Below, one piece after another: positions 39,001-51,000 of a stretch of DNA of 64,000 bases; position 1 is the stretch's first letter, and each line of letters starts with the position of its first letter. The notes beneath the pieces are model-generated. The model was not told the DNA's origin. It saw nothing but the letters and a program-made list of their open reading frames with translations, and ran no database searches. The stretch is from Podarcis filfolensis (Eukaryota): assembly GCA_964270895.1 (NCBI GenBank), contig OZ185436.1; one strand, written 5' to 3'. The position numbers and the translations under genes were made by a program.

Positions 39001-42000
39001 TAATTGTCTTTTAAAAATTGACTGCTCCTATTTCCCCACTCCCACAAATTCCCAGCTGTGACTCCAGAATGTCAAAAGGTTTTTTTTTTGTGACCCCAAC
39101 CTCCAAGACTCTTAAAATGTGCCCTATATTTTTAAAAAATAAAATGACCTTGCCCACTTTTACACTTTAGTCACACCCACTTTGAAATGTGCATTTAAAA
39201 ACAAATTTGCATTTTTAAACAAATAGTCTGAACTAAAACAGAGACGATGCAATTTGAAATGGGATACTGATTGCATTCTGCAGAGTTGTGAACTTTTGGG
39301 ATAAAAACAAGAGCCTTCTAATGATGCTATCCTTGAAGGTTCTGGATTTATTAAAGATCTGCTATCTTGCAGGGGGGAGGGTCTGAAGACTGATGGGTGC
39401 AAGCTGTGGCACATATAATATAGTGCCTCAAGCAAAATCATGAACATCTTCAAAAACAGTTGAAAAGAAAGATCCTCATTTAAAAACAACAAACCAATAA
39501 CATAATAACAATCCTGAAAATGTGTGTTCCACGGGAGAATCAGAACCTCATGGGAAATCAGACAGTTCCAGTAACCAATGTTTGAGAATTATTTATTTAT
39601 TTAAAGAATTTGTAATCCCGTTCTGCAGCTGAAAATGATTCCAGAGCAGCTTATAGAGCAATTAAGAAACATGGGAACCCTCAGGCTTCTGATCTAAAAT
39701 GCAGAACTCAAAAGGAGGAAAGGATGGAGTGAGGAGGGGGAAAGCAAGCTGAAGCAGCAGTTCTTAAACTTGCAAAATGTTCACAAAGGCCAGCTGGTGT
39801 GGAAACTGTTCAGGGAGAGGAGTCAAGGAGCTAGTCCCTCTCAATAGTCATGCTTCCCATCTCTCCGTCTGATGCACTCTGGTGAGATGACTGCTCCCAG
39901 GATGACTGAGAAAGGCCAGTGGAATGGCTCTGCTGCCCTTATCTCCCCCTGTGCCTGCAGCCTGAAGGAATGACTTTTGTACTTAGCACGGTTTTATTTC
40001 TACCCATGTTATGATGGGGCATGACATAAATTTTGTGGTCAATGCTATGCATTCTTCTGTAATTTACACCAATTGCTGAATTCAGAATTTTATTAGCATA
40101 CCATTTTCATGCTAACGAACCACTGCTTCATTAGTGGTTTTCTATAATAGTTCTTAGTTGAATGTTTGTCAGCCATAACTGAATTTGCTGCTTTAGTACT
40201 TGCTTTTGAGCACAAATAAATCACAGCTTTACCTACCTGACTGGAACAAGAAATTGTACACCTGTGAATACTTTAATGTGTTAAAATCACTTGTCTGCTT
40301 TGCTACATGTACATTTGTTGAAAACTTACTGCCATTCAGAATCATCTATCACCGAGTCTTTTTCTTCCTTCCTGCCGCAGGTACCCAAGCAAACTTCTCT
40401 AAATCCTCAGATGCTTTTGCTTTTGACGAAGATAGTAGCAATGATGGGCTGTCCCCAGAGCAGATCAGAAGCGAGGATTCCCAGGGATCCACAGAATCAG
40501 CAGCCGGAATCAAAATTTCAGAAGCAACGTTACCCACAATGTCAGGGACAACTCAGGTAAAACGGTATTTCTTACTTTTGGACAGATGAGACTTTGGATT
40601 AAATTTGCAGAACCAAGCCACACCCACCTCTCACAAGCTCAATCCAGGTCAGAAAACATGCGCTTGGATTCAGCACAGTGAGTGTGCTTCCAAATCAGTC
40701 CCTCTGCTATAAACTTTTTACGCTTGTCTTCACCCCCCGTCAGCATCCAGTACTGGACAATGAGTACAAGAGCTTCTATTAGGAAAAAATGTCTGATGCC
40801 AGAGGAAGCATATTCCTCTCCTCGGGGCTGGAATAAGAACCCGTTGTGGGTAAAAAGATGCGATGCATGCCAAGATCTCTCTGAGGGCACTGTAGCCTAT
40901 GGAGGAAGCCAGCTGTAAGGTCAGCCTCTGGTGGTTACATAAAACATGGGGGTGTCCTGCAAAGGATCCTGAGCCACTGTTAACCTGAATACGACATATT
41001 CTTGGCTTGGAGTGCCCTCCTCCATTCCGGCAGTTTTGTTACACAGTGTACTTGGCATGGGGCACCTCCATTTTCCAAGCACTTATGGCACAGAGCCCAA
41101 CGATTCGTCCATTTGGTTTCCCTAATAACACTAGCCTGATAAATGCGATTGGTCTCAGCTGTGTAGAAATGCCATGGCAGGGAGTCCCGAGTCACCAACA
41201 AAATATGCTGATTGATTATGATGGAGACTGAGAAATTGGGGGCCTCCAAGGTAGATTTTGTTGATTTTTTACAAAACATTTATTTATAGAATGTCCGTTA
41301 CAGAAGGACTTTACATTTATCAGTTGGTGGATTGGATTTAGCTAGCTAGCCGTTTTAAGATCAAGTGATTTCAGGAGTGTAGTTCACTGCGCTCACAGCT
41401 TGTCATCCATTTCTTTTACCTACTTCAGTGTTAAGCCCATTTTATATGGAACCATATCCCTATGGAAGACTGCCTTCTGTCGGCAATCCATGCTATTGCT
41501 TTAGCATCTACCGTAGATCCTCTTAATTGCATAGAGCAGCATTGCCCAGCCTAATACACGCCAGCTTGCTTTGAACTACAATCCCCATTGGATATTGTGA
41601 GTTGTAGTCCAGTAACATCAGGTGGTCACTAGGTTAAGGCTGGTGCACATAGTTTCCAGGAGCATCTGATGCTGGCAAGGAAACTTCCATGTTATGCTGC
41701 TCTAAATACGGAACACGGTGAGATGCCAGTTGAAAAAAGTGATAACATGTGGACCAGTCCTAGTTCAGGCTCCAAACAAAGTCAAGATAACTAGTCCTGA
41801 GCAAGACTAGCATGGAGCATTTCTGTAATAGTCGGTAAGCTGCCTGCATGTGGATAGGCTTCTTGAAAGTGTGCATATTGATGTTTATTAATTTCTATGT
41901 ATTTTAATTCCAGGATCATTCCCGTGGCTCTGAAAATAATACGGCTGATATGACATCTCTGAGGAATGGCCAGCCAGAAAGTCCTAAACAACAGAATGGG

Positions 42001-45000
42001 CAACAAACGCCTCCTGGCACTGTTACTACATCTGCAAAGGTATGAGCCTAACCTCCCACTATGTAGGAAGAAAAATTGTTAACATGGCCTATTGGCTAGA
42101 CAACAGCTAGCACTCATCTGCAGTAAGGGGGGTGGGACTGGTTTTAGGTGTTTGGCGAGGTGAGTTACAGAATCTCCAAGTGTTGGCTTTGCTTGGAGAT
42201 GGGAGTCGCTAGGAACTACCCAGACTGTACCTCCTTGTGTCACAAAACTGGGTCCATTAGAATTCTGGGGTGAAAGTACCTGCAAAAGGAGCAAGCTGAG
42301 ACTTTGATGATCTGTTGAAGCCAAGCTGTTTCCATCAATAGCGCCAACAGGACCTTGTGTTAGATGGCTCATTCATCTGTCTCAGGAATTGTGGAATTCT
42401 ATGAAGCTGTCATGGGCACTACAAAATACCCATTTCAGAGAGGGAAAATGGCAATACTCAGAAATATTGCCCCAGACAACAGAAATAATATCCATGCATA
42501 CGCCAAACCAAACACTGGTATATTTTAAACTACTAATTTCCATTTATATTTTGATTTTTTTTTTTTAAAAAGTTGCTTAACTTTTATGGATAATTTTAAT
42601 GTATATTTAACCACAAAATAACAGACAAACCACTTATGCACGTATCTCTTCCCAAAACATCTAGGGAAACTCTGCCCTTCAAAACAGACAAAATACTCCC
42701 TTGTCCCTCTAGGGCAACAAGAGGGCCCTCTGTTCCTTTTCTTATGATATTTAGAGAGAAGTTGGAAGGCAAAGCACTGCCCTATAGCTTTCCTTCTTTA
42801 CTCCTTTCCTATGGAGGTGGACTCAGAGGCATTCTGGGGGAAAGGGGGGTAGCTGGATGCTGCCCAAGCTAAAAATGTAAGAAACATTTAAAAGCCCTAA
42901 AGCAACGATGGGCAACATGGTGTCCTGCCCATGTTACAGACTACAGCTCCAGTCACCCTTGAGCACTGGTCATGCTAGCTATGGATAATGGGAGTTGTAA
43001 TTCCAAACACACCTAATGTTTAAAAATGGTCACCGGGGAGGTGACCTGAGGACTGCCCCATTATGTTGGGGGCAGCAGGCCTATCTTAAGGCTGCTTTAC
43101 ATGTTGAGATTTTATATTTGGGTCAGAGTATCCAAGTACAAAATACGCCAGTACTGTGACGATTGTAAAACATGCATTAGTATATTATTAGATACATATC
43201 ATTTAAAAATTCTTGGAAGTGTCATCTGGGTAAGGACCAGATTGCTGCTTCAGACTGTTTTAAAAGGAATGTGTGGCTAATAAATATATAAACATGCCCT
43301 TTACAAATGATGTGGTGCCTGTATATTTTGTTCCTTGTACTCAACTACAGAAGGTCAGATGGGAAGAAGGGATGTACAAACACGTCTCAATTACAATATT
43401 CATTTGCACTTTCTTCTGATGTTTTCCATTCCTATGCAATTGGTTTATTTTGCAAAAGTTTGTGTGCTGTTTCATTGCCTGCTGATGTGGAAATACTTGT
43501 AATTTCTAACATATTTTTTTTTATGTAGCACACATTAGACACATATATCTCAGCCATCAACAGATAACTTACAAATGAGTTACATTCCTTGTGTTTTCTG
43601 GGGGGGGGGGACCATGTTAGTATTTTGCAGTAAAAAACGTAGAGTCTTCTACTTCTTGCTATCTTGATTTCACAGTTCAATATAAACTTGTCATAGAATC
43701 AGAGTTGGAAGGGACCCTGAGGATCATCTAGTCCAACCCCCTACAATGCAGGAATATGCAGCGACCTTGGCATTATCAGCACCATGCTCTAACCAGCTGA
43801 GCTACATGATCATCCTATCTTGCTTATTCACTCAGGCATCAGGAACAGTTTAGTTATAAGTCAAGGTAACCCCAGGAAGTGTGGTTTTCCATGTGAAAAG
43901 AATAAGGAGCAATGCATTCCACTGGCTTTTAAAATACACAAGAGGATACAGATTAAGTCTGAAATTGTAACCCTACTTGGAAGTCAGTGGGATTTACTTC
44001 TGAGTAGACATTGTTGGAATTGCAGTGTTAGTGCATATAGGCTGCCTTAGGGTGCAAACAACACTTTAGAAACAAGGAAAGCAAAGAGGCACCTGTATAC
44101 ATGATGATGTACCATATTTTTTGCTCTATAAGACTCACTTTTATCCTCCTAAAAAGTAAGGGGAAATGTGTGTGCGTCTTATGGAGCAAATGCAGGCTGC
44201 GCAGCTATCCCAGAAGTCAGAACAGCAAGAGGGATCACTGCTTTCGCTATGCAGCGATCCCTCTTGCTGTTCTGGCTTCTGGGATTCAGAATATTTTTTT
44301 TCTTGCTTTCCTCCTCCAAAAACTAGGTATGTCTTGTGGTCTGGTGCGTCTTATAGAGCGAAAAATACGGTAAATAATATATATAGCAAAGCAATTTACA
44401 TATCTATTTACACATAACATGTTCATGTGGTGTGTTGTTTTTTTTAGTTCGTTGTAGATAATTTAGGTAAATAGTTTCCACAGCGAGTGTCTCTGCCAGT
44501 GGGGATAAAATGGGCAGATTAAAGGAAATTTGCTTGATATTCTGTTTTCAGTGGATTCCTTTGACAACCCTAGTGAGAAGGGACATCTATTATGACTTCA
44601 CACAGTCTTGATACTATCTCCACTGACTTGCAGGCTGACAGGCCCTGGGCACAGTAGCTTGCTAAACTTTCTAACTAACTTCAGTTACTCCATGTTGCAG
44701 ATAATCTTATTGAAATTTTTATTTGTGCCCCGTTTAGTCAAAACCATCAAGCGATAGCAAGAATCGCCACAAAAAGCCCAAGGAGATGAAGCCAAAAGTG
44801 AAGAAGCTTAAGTACCACCAGTACATTCCCCCAGACCAGAAGGCGGAAAAGTCCCCTCCGCCCATGGACTCGGCCTATGCAAGGCTCCTGCAGCAGCAGC
44901 AGCTCTTTCTGCAGCTCCAGATCCTCAGCCAGCAGCAGCAGCACCGGCACCAGCAGCACTTCAACTATCCGGGGCCCCATTCCATGCAGCTGAAGTGAGT

Positions 45001-48000
45001 TGGTAACGGAAAGGTTTCCTAGAGTGACCTTTCCACCTTACCCAGGTTTGATTTCTTGCCGCAATCAATTTGGGGCACATTCCAGCCCATTAGCCCCTTT
45101 TAAGCTTTGTTAATTTAAATAGGAAATTAAAGTGTGTGCTTAAGAGAGAGAGCCTCTCCCTTTTAAGTGTGGTCAACTCTTCCAAACTTCAGCAGGATTG
45201 TACCCTTCAGGAGAACAGTGGTGATGCAGTAAATTTTATTGCAAAGCAACTCAGGTTGGTCAACCCATCGCACAAGTGCTATAAAACAGGCAAAGTGTAA
45301 CTCCTATTTTCAGAAAGGTAACCAAATTATACCAGCTGCTATTCAGATTTTTCAAGCTAAAGTGTCATCCCAGCTGCTTTTTGGGACCCCAATATGGATA
45401 GAAGCATATAATAGTGATTTAGATAAGATACACTCAGGTTTCTTGAGATGTAACCTGGGGATCCTAAGTTCACTCAAGTATGAGACGATGTATGCAGAAC
45501 TAGGTATACATGTGATGGAATATTGGATGAGGGCTAGCACTATAAAATACTGGCTGCGTTGCCATTTTCGCTGCCAACCTTCGAGTCTGCTCTCTGACTT
45601 ACTTAAGAACTCTTATAAATCCAGATGGTTCCAGCTCTTACATAGCAAAATCAGATCTATTGGTATTGACTTGGAATCCTGGTATAATTCAAGTGAGCAA
45701 TATATTTATTGCAATATTCAAACTAGATTAAGAGACATTCATCAAATCATAAATAAAATTTGCTCCCCCAAGTTCTATGGTTTAAATACGACAGATAACA
45801 GGGTCACTTAAATCTCAAAATTAATAATTCCAGCCCGACGCAGGGCCTTTATGTGAGCCCAGCTGAACATTTCCCCTCAACTCTTGTCAAAGGCAGATAT
45901 TTAAACATCCCCAGAAATGACAGACATTGCAGATGTTATTTGAACGTGCCAGACACTGTAGAACATATCCTTTTCTACTGTCCATTGTACAAACAGCTAT
46001 GTAAACACATGCTATCTCCTTTTTTGGGAAGTCTAACATCATGGCACAATGAAAATATCAGATTCTATCTGTCTGACATTAACTCAGAAGTAATTGCAAA
46101 GGTGCTGAGTTTTCATCAATAGTATCTCTTAGGGCGGTGACTGGCACTATTTAGCAGGAAGAAATCCCAATGAAAATCCTTGTAATTATATATTTTACAC
46201 GGCTTTTATTTATATATATGGATGTTTTATGATGGCCTGTACTTGTAATGCCTAATAAAGGTTTGGTGAAGTAAGAAAAAATACTGGTATTTAAAAAAGA
46301 ATAAGAAAGACGAAAGGGGGAAAAAGTTCTGCACTTTTATTTTTTATAGGCAACCCAATGAGCAAATGGCCAAAACCTCAAACTCTTCCCCATCGACAGT
46401 CGCCAACAGCCCTCTTTCCCCTGGGAAGGGAAGCTTTTCAGGGCAATCCTGCATTTCGTCTCTCAAGCCAGGTCCTCTCCCATCCAACCTGGATGATTTA
46501 AAAGTGAGTATTGAATGCAAAAGTTGATGAAAAGTGTAAAACCTTTTGTGGGGTATATAAAACTGCATGTGGCAGTGTCTTCCTCCAGCAAACACATGGT
46601 TAACACACGTGCACTTCGGTCAATATCCCAAATTAATCACAATTCAAATATCACATAAATTGAAGCAGTCAAACACCACCATAGGATCAGCAGACCAATT
46701 AGGGTCAGTGGACTGTAGAGAAAAGACCAAATTATTATTTGCCAAAGCTGACTTAGAACTAATAAAATCGGACCTCGTAGCTTGTTTAAAAACAGATAGG
46801 AGAGCCAATTCTATTTCAATAATATTCGTTGTTTAAGAATACAAACCATTATTTTACTAACACACTAAATTAAAACAAAATTAACACAAAGGCAACCCTG
46901 GAACAAGAAAAAAGCTCAAGCATTAAAAATAACACACGTTAAGAAATCAATTGAAACCAAGTTCCCTAAGCGAACACTTATATACACACAGGCACGTGCC
47001 AGAGGCACAACCCCAGGCAGCTGTTGCTGAAAATATAGGCCATCCACAGGAAGCAAAGTAATGGGAAGTTCAACAAGTTCTGATGTCCTGCCTAGTCTTC
47101 ACCCGGAGGACTTGCCTGTGCCCAAAGGGCTGCAGCTCCTAAGCAGGGACAGGAGAGTCTCCTCAGGAGTAATGAGGGTTGACTGGAAAGCATGCCTTCT
47201 CTTTCCCCCAAGCTTCTCAAGAAGCACTGCTCTGTCTGTATCTAAAATGTAAGAAGGGCATCCCAGGTCAAAACTGGCCACAAATTCATTAGGTGTAGGC
47301 AGTGCTATTTTTCTAGAAAAAGAGGTGCCAGAACTCACTATGAACGCCTCCCTTAGACGTTCTCTTAGAATGGCAATGGAGCCCACCTGAGAGGTGCTGG
47401 AACTGAATTCCGGCTGAAAAATAAGCCCTGGGTGCAGACGTTCAGTCCCGCTCCAGACTTATTACAATAAACTTGCATAATTTGAATTTGAAAACAGGGA
47501 TGCAGAAAAGGGAGGTATGGGGAAGTCGTTGAAATAAGGCTTAAGAAAAAGAGGTTATGAAATTATACGTGTTTATATGTTTGTTTGTCTATGTATTGTT
47601 AGTTGTAAAGTGTTTTAATTCATGTTGGAAAATCAATAAAAATTTATAAAAAAAAACCCACATAATTTGAATTTGGACAGCATAGCACCTGAGAGAATGC
47701 TAAGACAATAGAAATAAGTAGAGATGTCCAAGTAACGGTGTGCAAAGCAGCACAGGGACAAACTGACGTATCCAGTCCAATTAATAGCAGCCATTTTGGA
47801 GCCCAAACTTTACCCAGCCCAACTCTATGTCCGTGCAAATAATCTTTGGTTTAGATTTGGATCAGGGTCCACTGTAAGCAGGTTGCTATGTTGCCACAAA
47901 GTTGAACTGAAAAGCGACCTTGCCAGTGACTAAACGGCTTTCATTCCAGGTGTCGGAGCTGAGGCAGCAGCTCCGAATAAGGGGCCTCCCTGTATCAGGT

Positions 48001-51000
48001 ACGAAAACGGCCTTGATGGAACGCCTGCGGCCCTTCCAGGAGTGCAGCGGGGGTTCTGTGCCCAGCTTCAATGAGATAACCACCGTCACCTTCCCAGTGA
48101 CGCCAACCAACTCTCTCTCCAGCTACCAGTCGCAGTCTTCGACCAGCCTGCTGTCCAATGGCTTTTACCACTTTGGCAGCACCAGCTCTACTCCCCCCAT
48201 CTCCCCAGCTTCCTCAGACCTATCGGTGAATGGCTCCCTGCCAGACAGTTTCAACGAAGGACCAATGTCTTCCCCCCATTTTGTCTTGCACCCTTCCCCT
48301 GTGCAAGGCGGGTGTGAAGAAAGTCTGATGGGAAGCATGAATGGCGCTGGCATCCAGCTCGACGTGGAAAGGGTTGACACAGAGAAAGACAAGATGCTGG
48401 TGGAAAAGCAGAAGGTCATCAATGAGCTGACATGGAAACTGCAGCAAGAGCAGAGGCAAGTGGAAGAGCTGAGGATGCAGCTGCAGAAGCGCAAAAGGAG
48501 CCACGGCTTGGACGAGAAGCAGCCCTCTCCACACTTCTTCGGCTTTCCGATCAAGCAAGAAAACCCAGCGTCCAGTTGTCCCTTTGCCTCTAAGCAAGCT
48601 CCGTTGAAAGGCCAGGCTAGCAACTCGGACACACTGAGAAACTGTGGGACACCTCAGCTGCCCCATCTTGTAAATAGCCATTGCATGGAACCGCCAGGAC
48701 AGAGCGGCATACTGTCCTCCACATTCCTAAGCCCACAGTGCTCTCCCCAGCATTCTCCACTAGAGGCAGCAAAGAGTCCACAACACATCAGCCTTCCACC
48801 CTCACCAAACAGCCATTACCTCCTCTCTGTGTCCCCCAGCACTCAGGGAGAAGGACGCAGCAGCTCTCCACAGCCCAGCAGCCATCTTCGCACAGCTCCA
48901 GTAAGAAAGCTACTTATTATTATTATTATTATTGGGGGGGGTGCAGAGTTAGGGAAGGGTGTTAAAGCAGCTCCCATTCTATCCCAAACTGCTCAGCGCT
49001 TCAAAGGCACTTTGAACTGTGCCCAGAATCAGACTGGGGGGCAGTGCAATGTTTCAAAACTGGCAGGCTGCGTTCCATGTGTCCAGGCCCAGTTTACCTA
49101 CTGTAGCTATTATTGCTTCTCAGTTGATGAAATACCAAACAGGAAAGGAGGAGTATCTTTTAAGTGCCCATCTTCCAGTGATTAAAATATACACAATCTG
49201 TTGATTTGAATTCAAGTTGCAGAACGGCCTTTCAAGGATGGTGGCATACACATAGCAGAGTAGGTTCAACTTTTTCAGAAGTCATTAAGAAACTGGACAC
49301 TACCAACCCTTCCACATATACAGCTTAATCACCACCCTTGGTGCCCCTGTAAGTCTCTCCTGCCCATTCAAAAGAAAGTATATCCCCTAAGCCATGGGTA
49401 GGCAAACTAAAGCCCGGGGGCTGGATCCGGCCCAATCGCTTTCTAAATCTGGCCTGTGGACAGTCCAGGAAACTGTGTGTTTTTACATGAGTAGAATGTG
49501 TGCTTTTATTTAAAATGCACCTCTGGGTTATTTGGGGCATAGGAATTCATTCATTTCCCCCCCAAAAAACATAGTCCGGCCCCCCACAAGGTCTGAGGGA
49601 CAGTGGACCGGCACCCTGCTGAAAAAGTTGGCTCACCCCTGCCCTAAGCCTTTATTGTCAGATGCTGCAGTTTTTCTGCTAGTGGGTGGGGGAATTCAAT
49701 ATTATTTCAAAATTCCTTTGCAGAACTTTGTAAGTGCCATTATCAACGGCAAAACTGTTATTACAGCAAGGGAGATGGGCTGCCGGAGCCTTGACTTTTG
49801 TCTCATGCTTCCACTGGATTTGCAATGCGATCGCCTCATTGACTGTTGATTTGTTCCCATGTGCAATAGGTAAATTTATGGAGGCAACTGCTGAATAGCA
49901 GTCTTGGTCCAAGTTTGGCTTGATCCCTGTGATTGATTTTGATTCCATACAGGTGCCAGTACAAGGTAGTCAGAAGTATTCCATTCTGTCTCCTGGCTTT
50001 TGCAAGTCAAATGCTGCCCTCCCAGATGGAAAGCAGCCACCACCCTACGCTGATGCTGTGAAACAGGTAACAGTCTGGTGCTTGGCTGCAGATCGCTTGC
50101 TTTGATTGTTATGTACATCAAAGCCAATTGCAGATTTGAGAGTGTTGTGTGACCTATGAGTGAAAGCAGATGATTACCGACAGACTTGAAAACTGAATTT
50201 ATTGTTGTAGAAAGAGTTATATACAGTCAATTGGATTAAAAGCAAATGCAAATTCATTCAACCTCTTATTTGTTCAGACATTGAATAAGCAGCTGAAGTG
50301 ATTCAGGTGACTTCTGTTGGAAGGGCCATCTGAATTTTTAGAAGAAACAGAATGATCTCTGAATGAACTAAGTTTGAAAGCTACAGCTGAACACTTGGTT
50401 CAAAAAAGTACACACAAGAGCACTGCAGGATGACCCCTAAAGAGGTAATTGCAGTGGGTCACACAAAGTTTGTGTGGGTTAACAGGAGCCAACGTAAGCA
50501 TACTTACTAGGAAGTAAGTACCAATGAATGTGGTGGGATTTTATTCTAAGTAACATTAGTTACTTAGTGAAGGAGGGAGTTTTCATTCCACTTTGGGAGG
50601 GCTATTGATCTTGCTTCTCTGAGGCTTTTATGAACTATAACGGTATTAATTGTAATACATAACAGCCTACTATATGCACAAAAAACTGCTCGAGTATTGT
50701 AGGAGACCTGCTTCAACTAGTTACTAAGGAATCATTGTTTATTTAACATGCCTGTCAAGGAGCTTCATCATCCTAATATGTCTGAGGCTTCAGCTTTCTT
50801 TTGAAAGCATCTCTCAATATCCATCAAAGCTGATTTTTATAGTATAGTAGTGTGTGGCTCCAGTACCAACTTCCTAACATCCCTTGCTTTTGTTCTTGCT
50901 GCAGCAGATGACCCGAAGCCAGCAAATGGATGAACTGTTGGATGTGCTTATTGAAACTGGAGGTAGGTGATGTCCATAAGGCAAGACTGTTGGTTCTGCT

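Noticed and set aside
48165-48681. Antisense ORFs over exon 10 (also 52351-52788 over exon 13)
   Set aside because: Shadow ORFs opposite GC-rich coding sequence
48901-49185. C-terminal extension of the 421-aa ORF (VRKLLIIIII...)
   Set aside because: Read-through into intron 10 across a GTAAGA donor and a (TAT)n repeat
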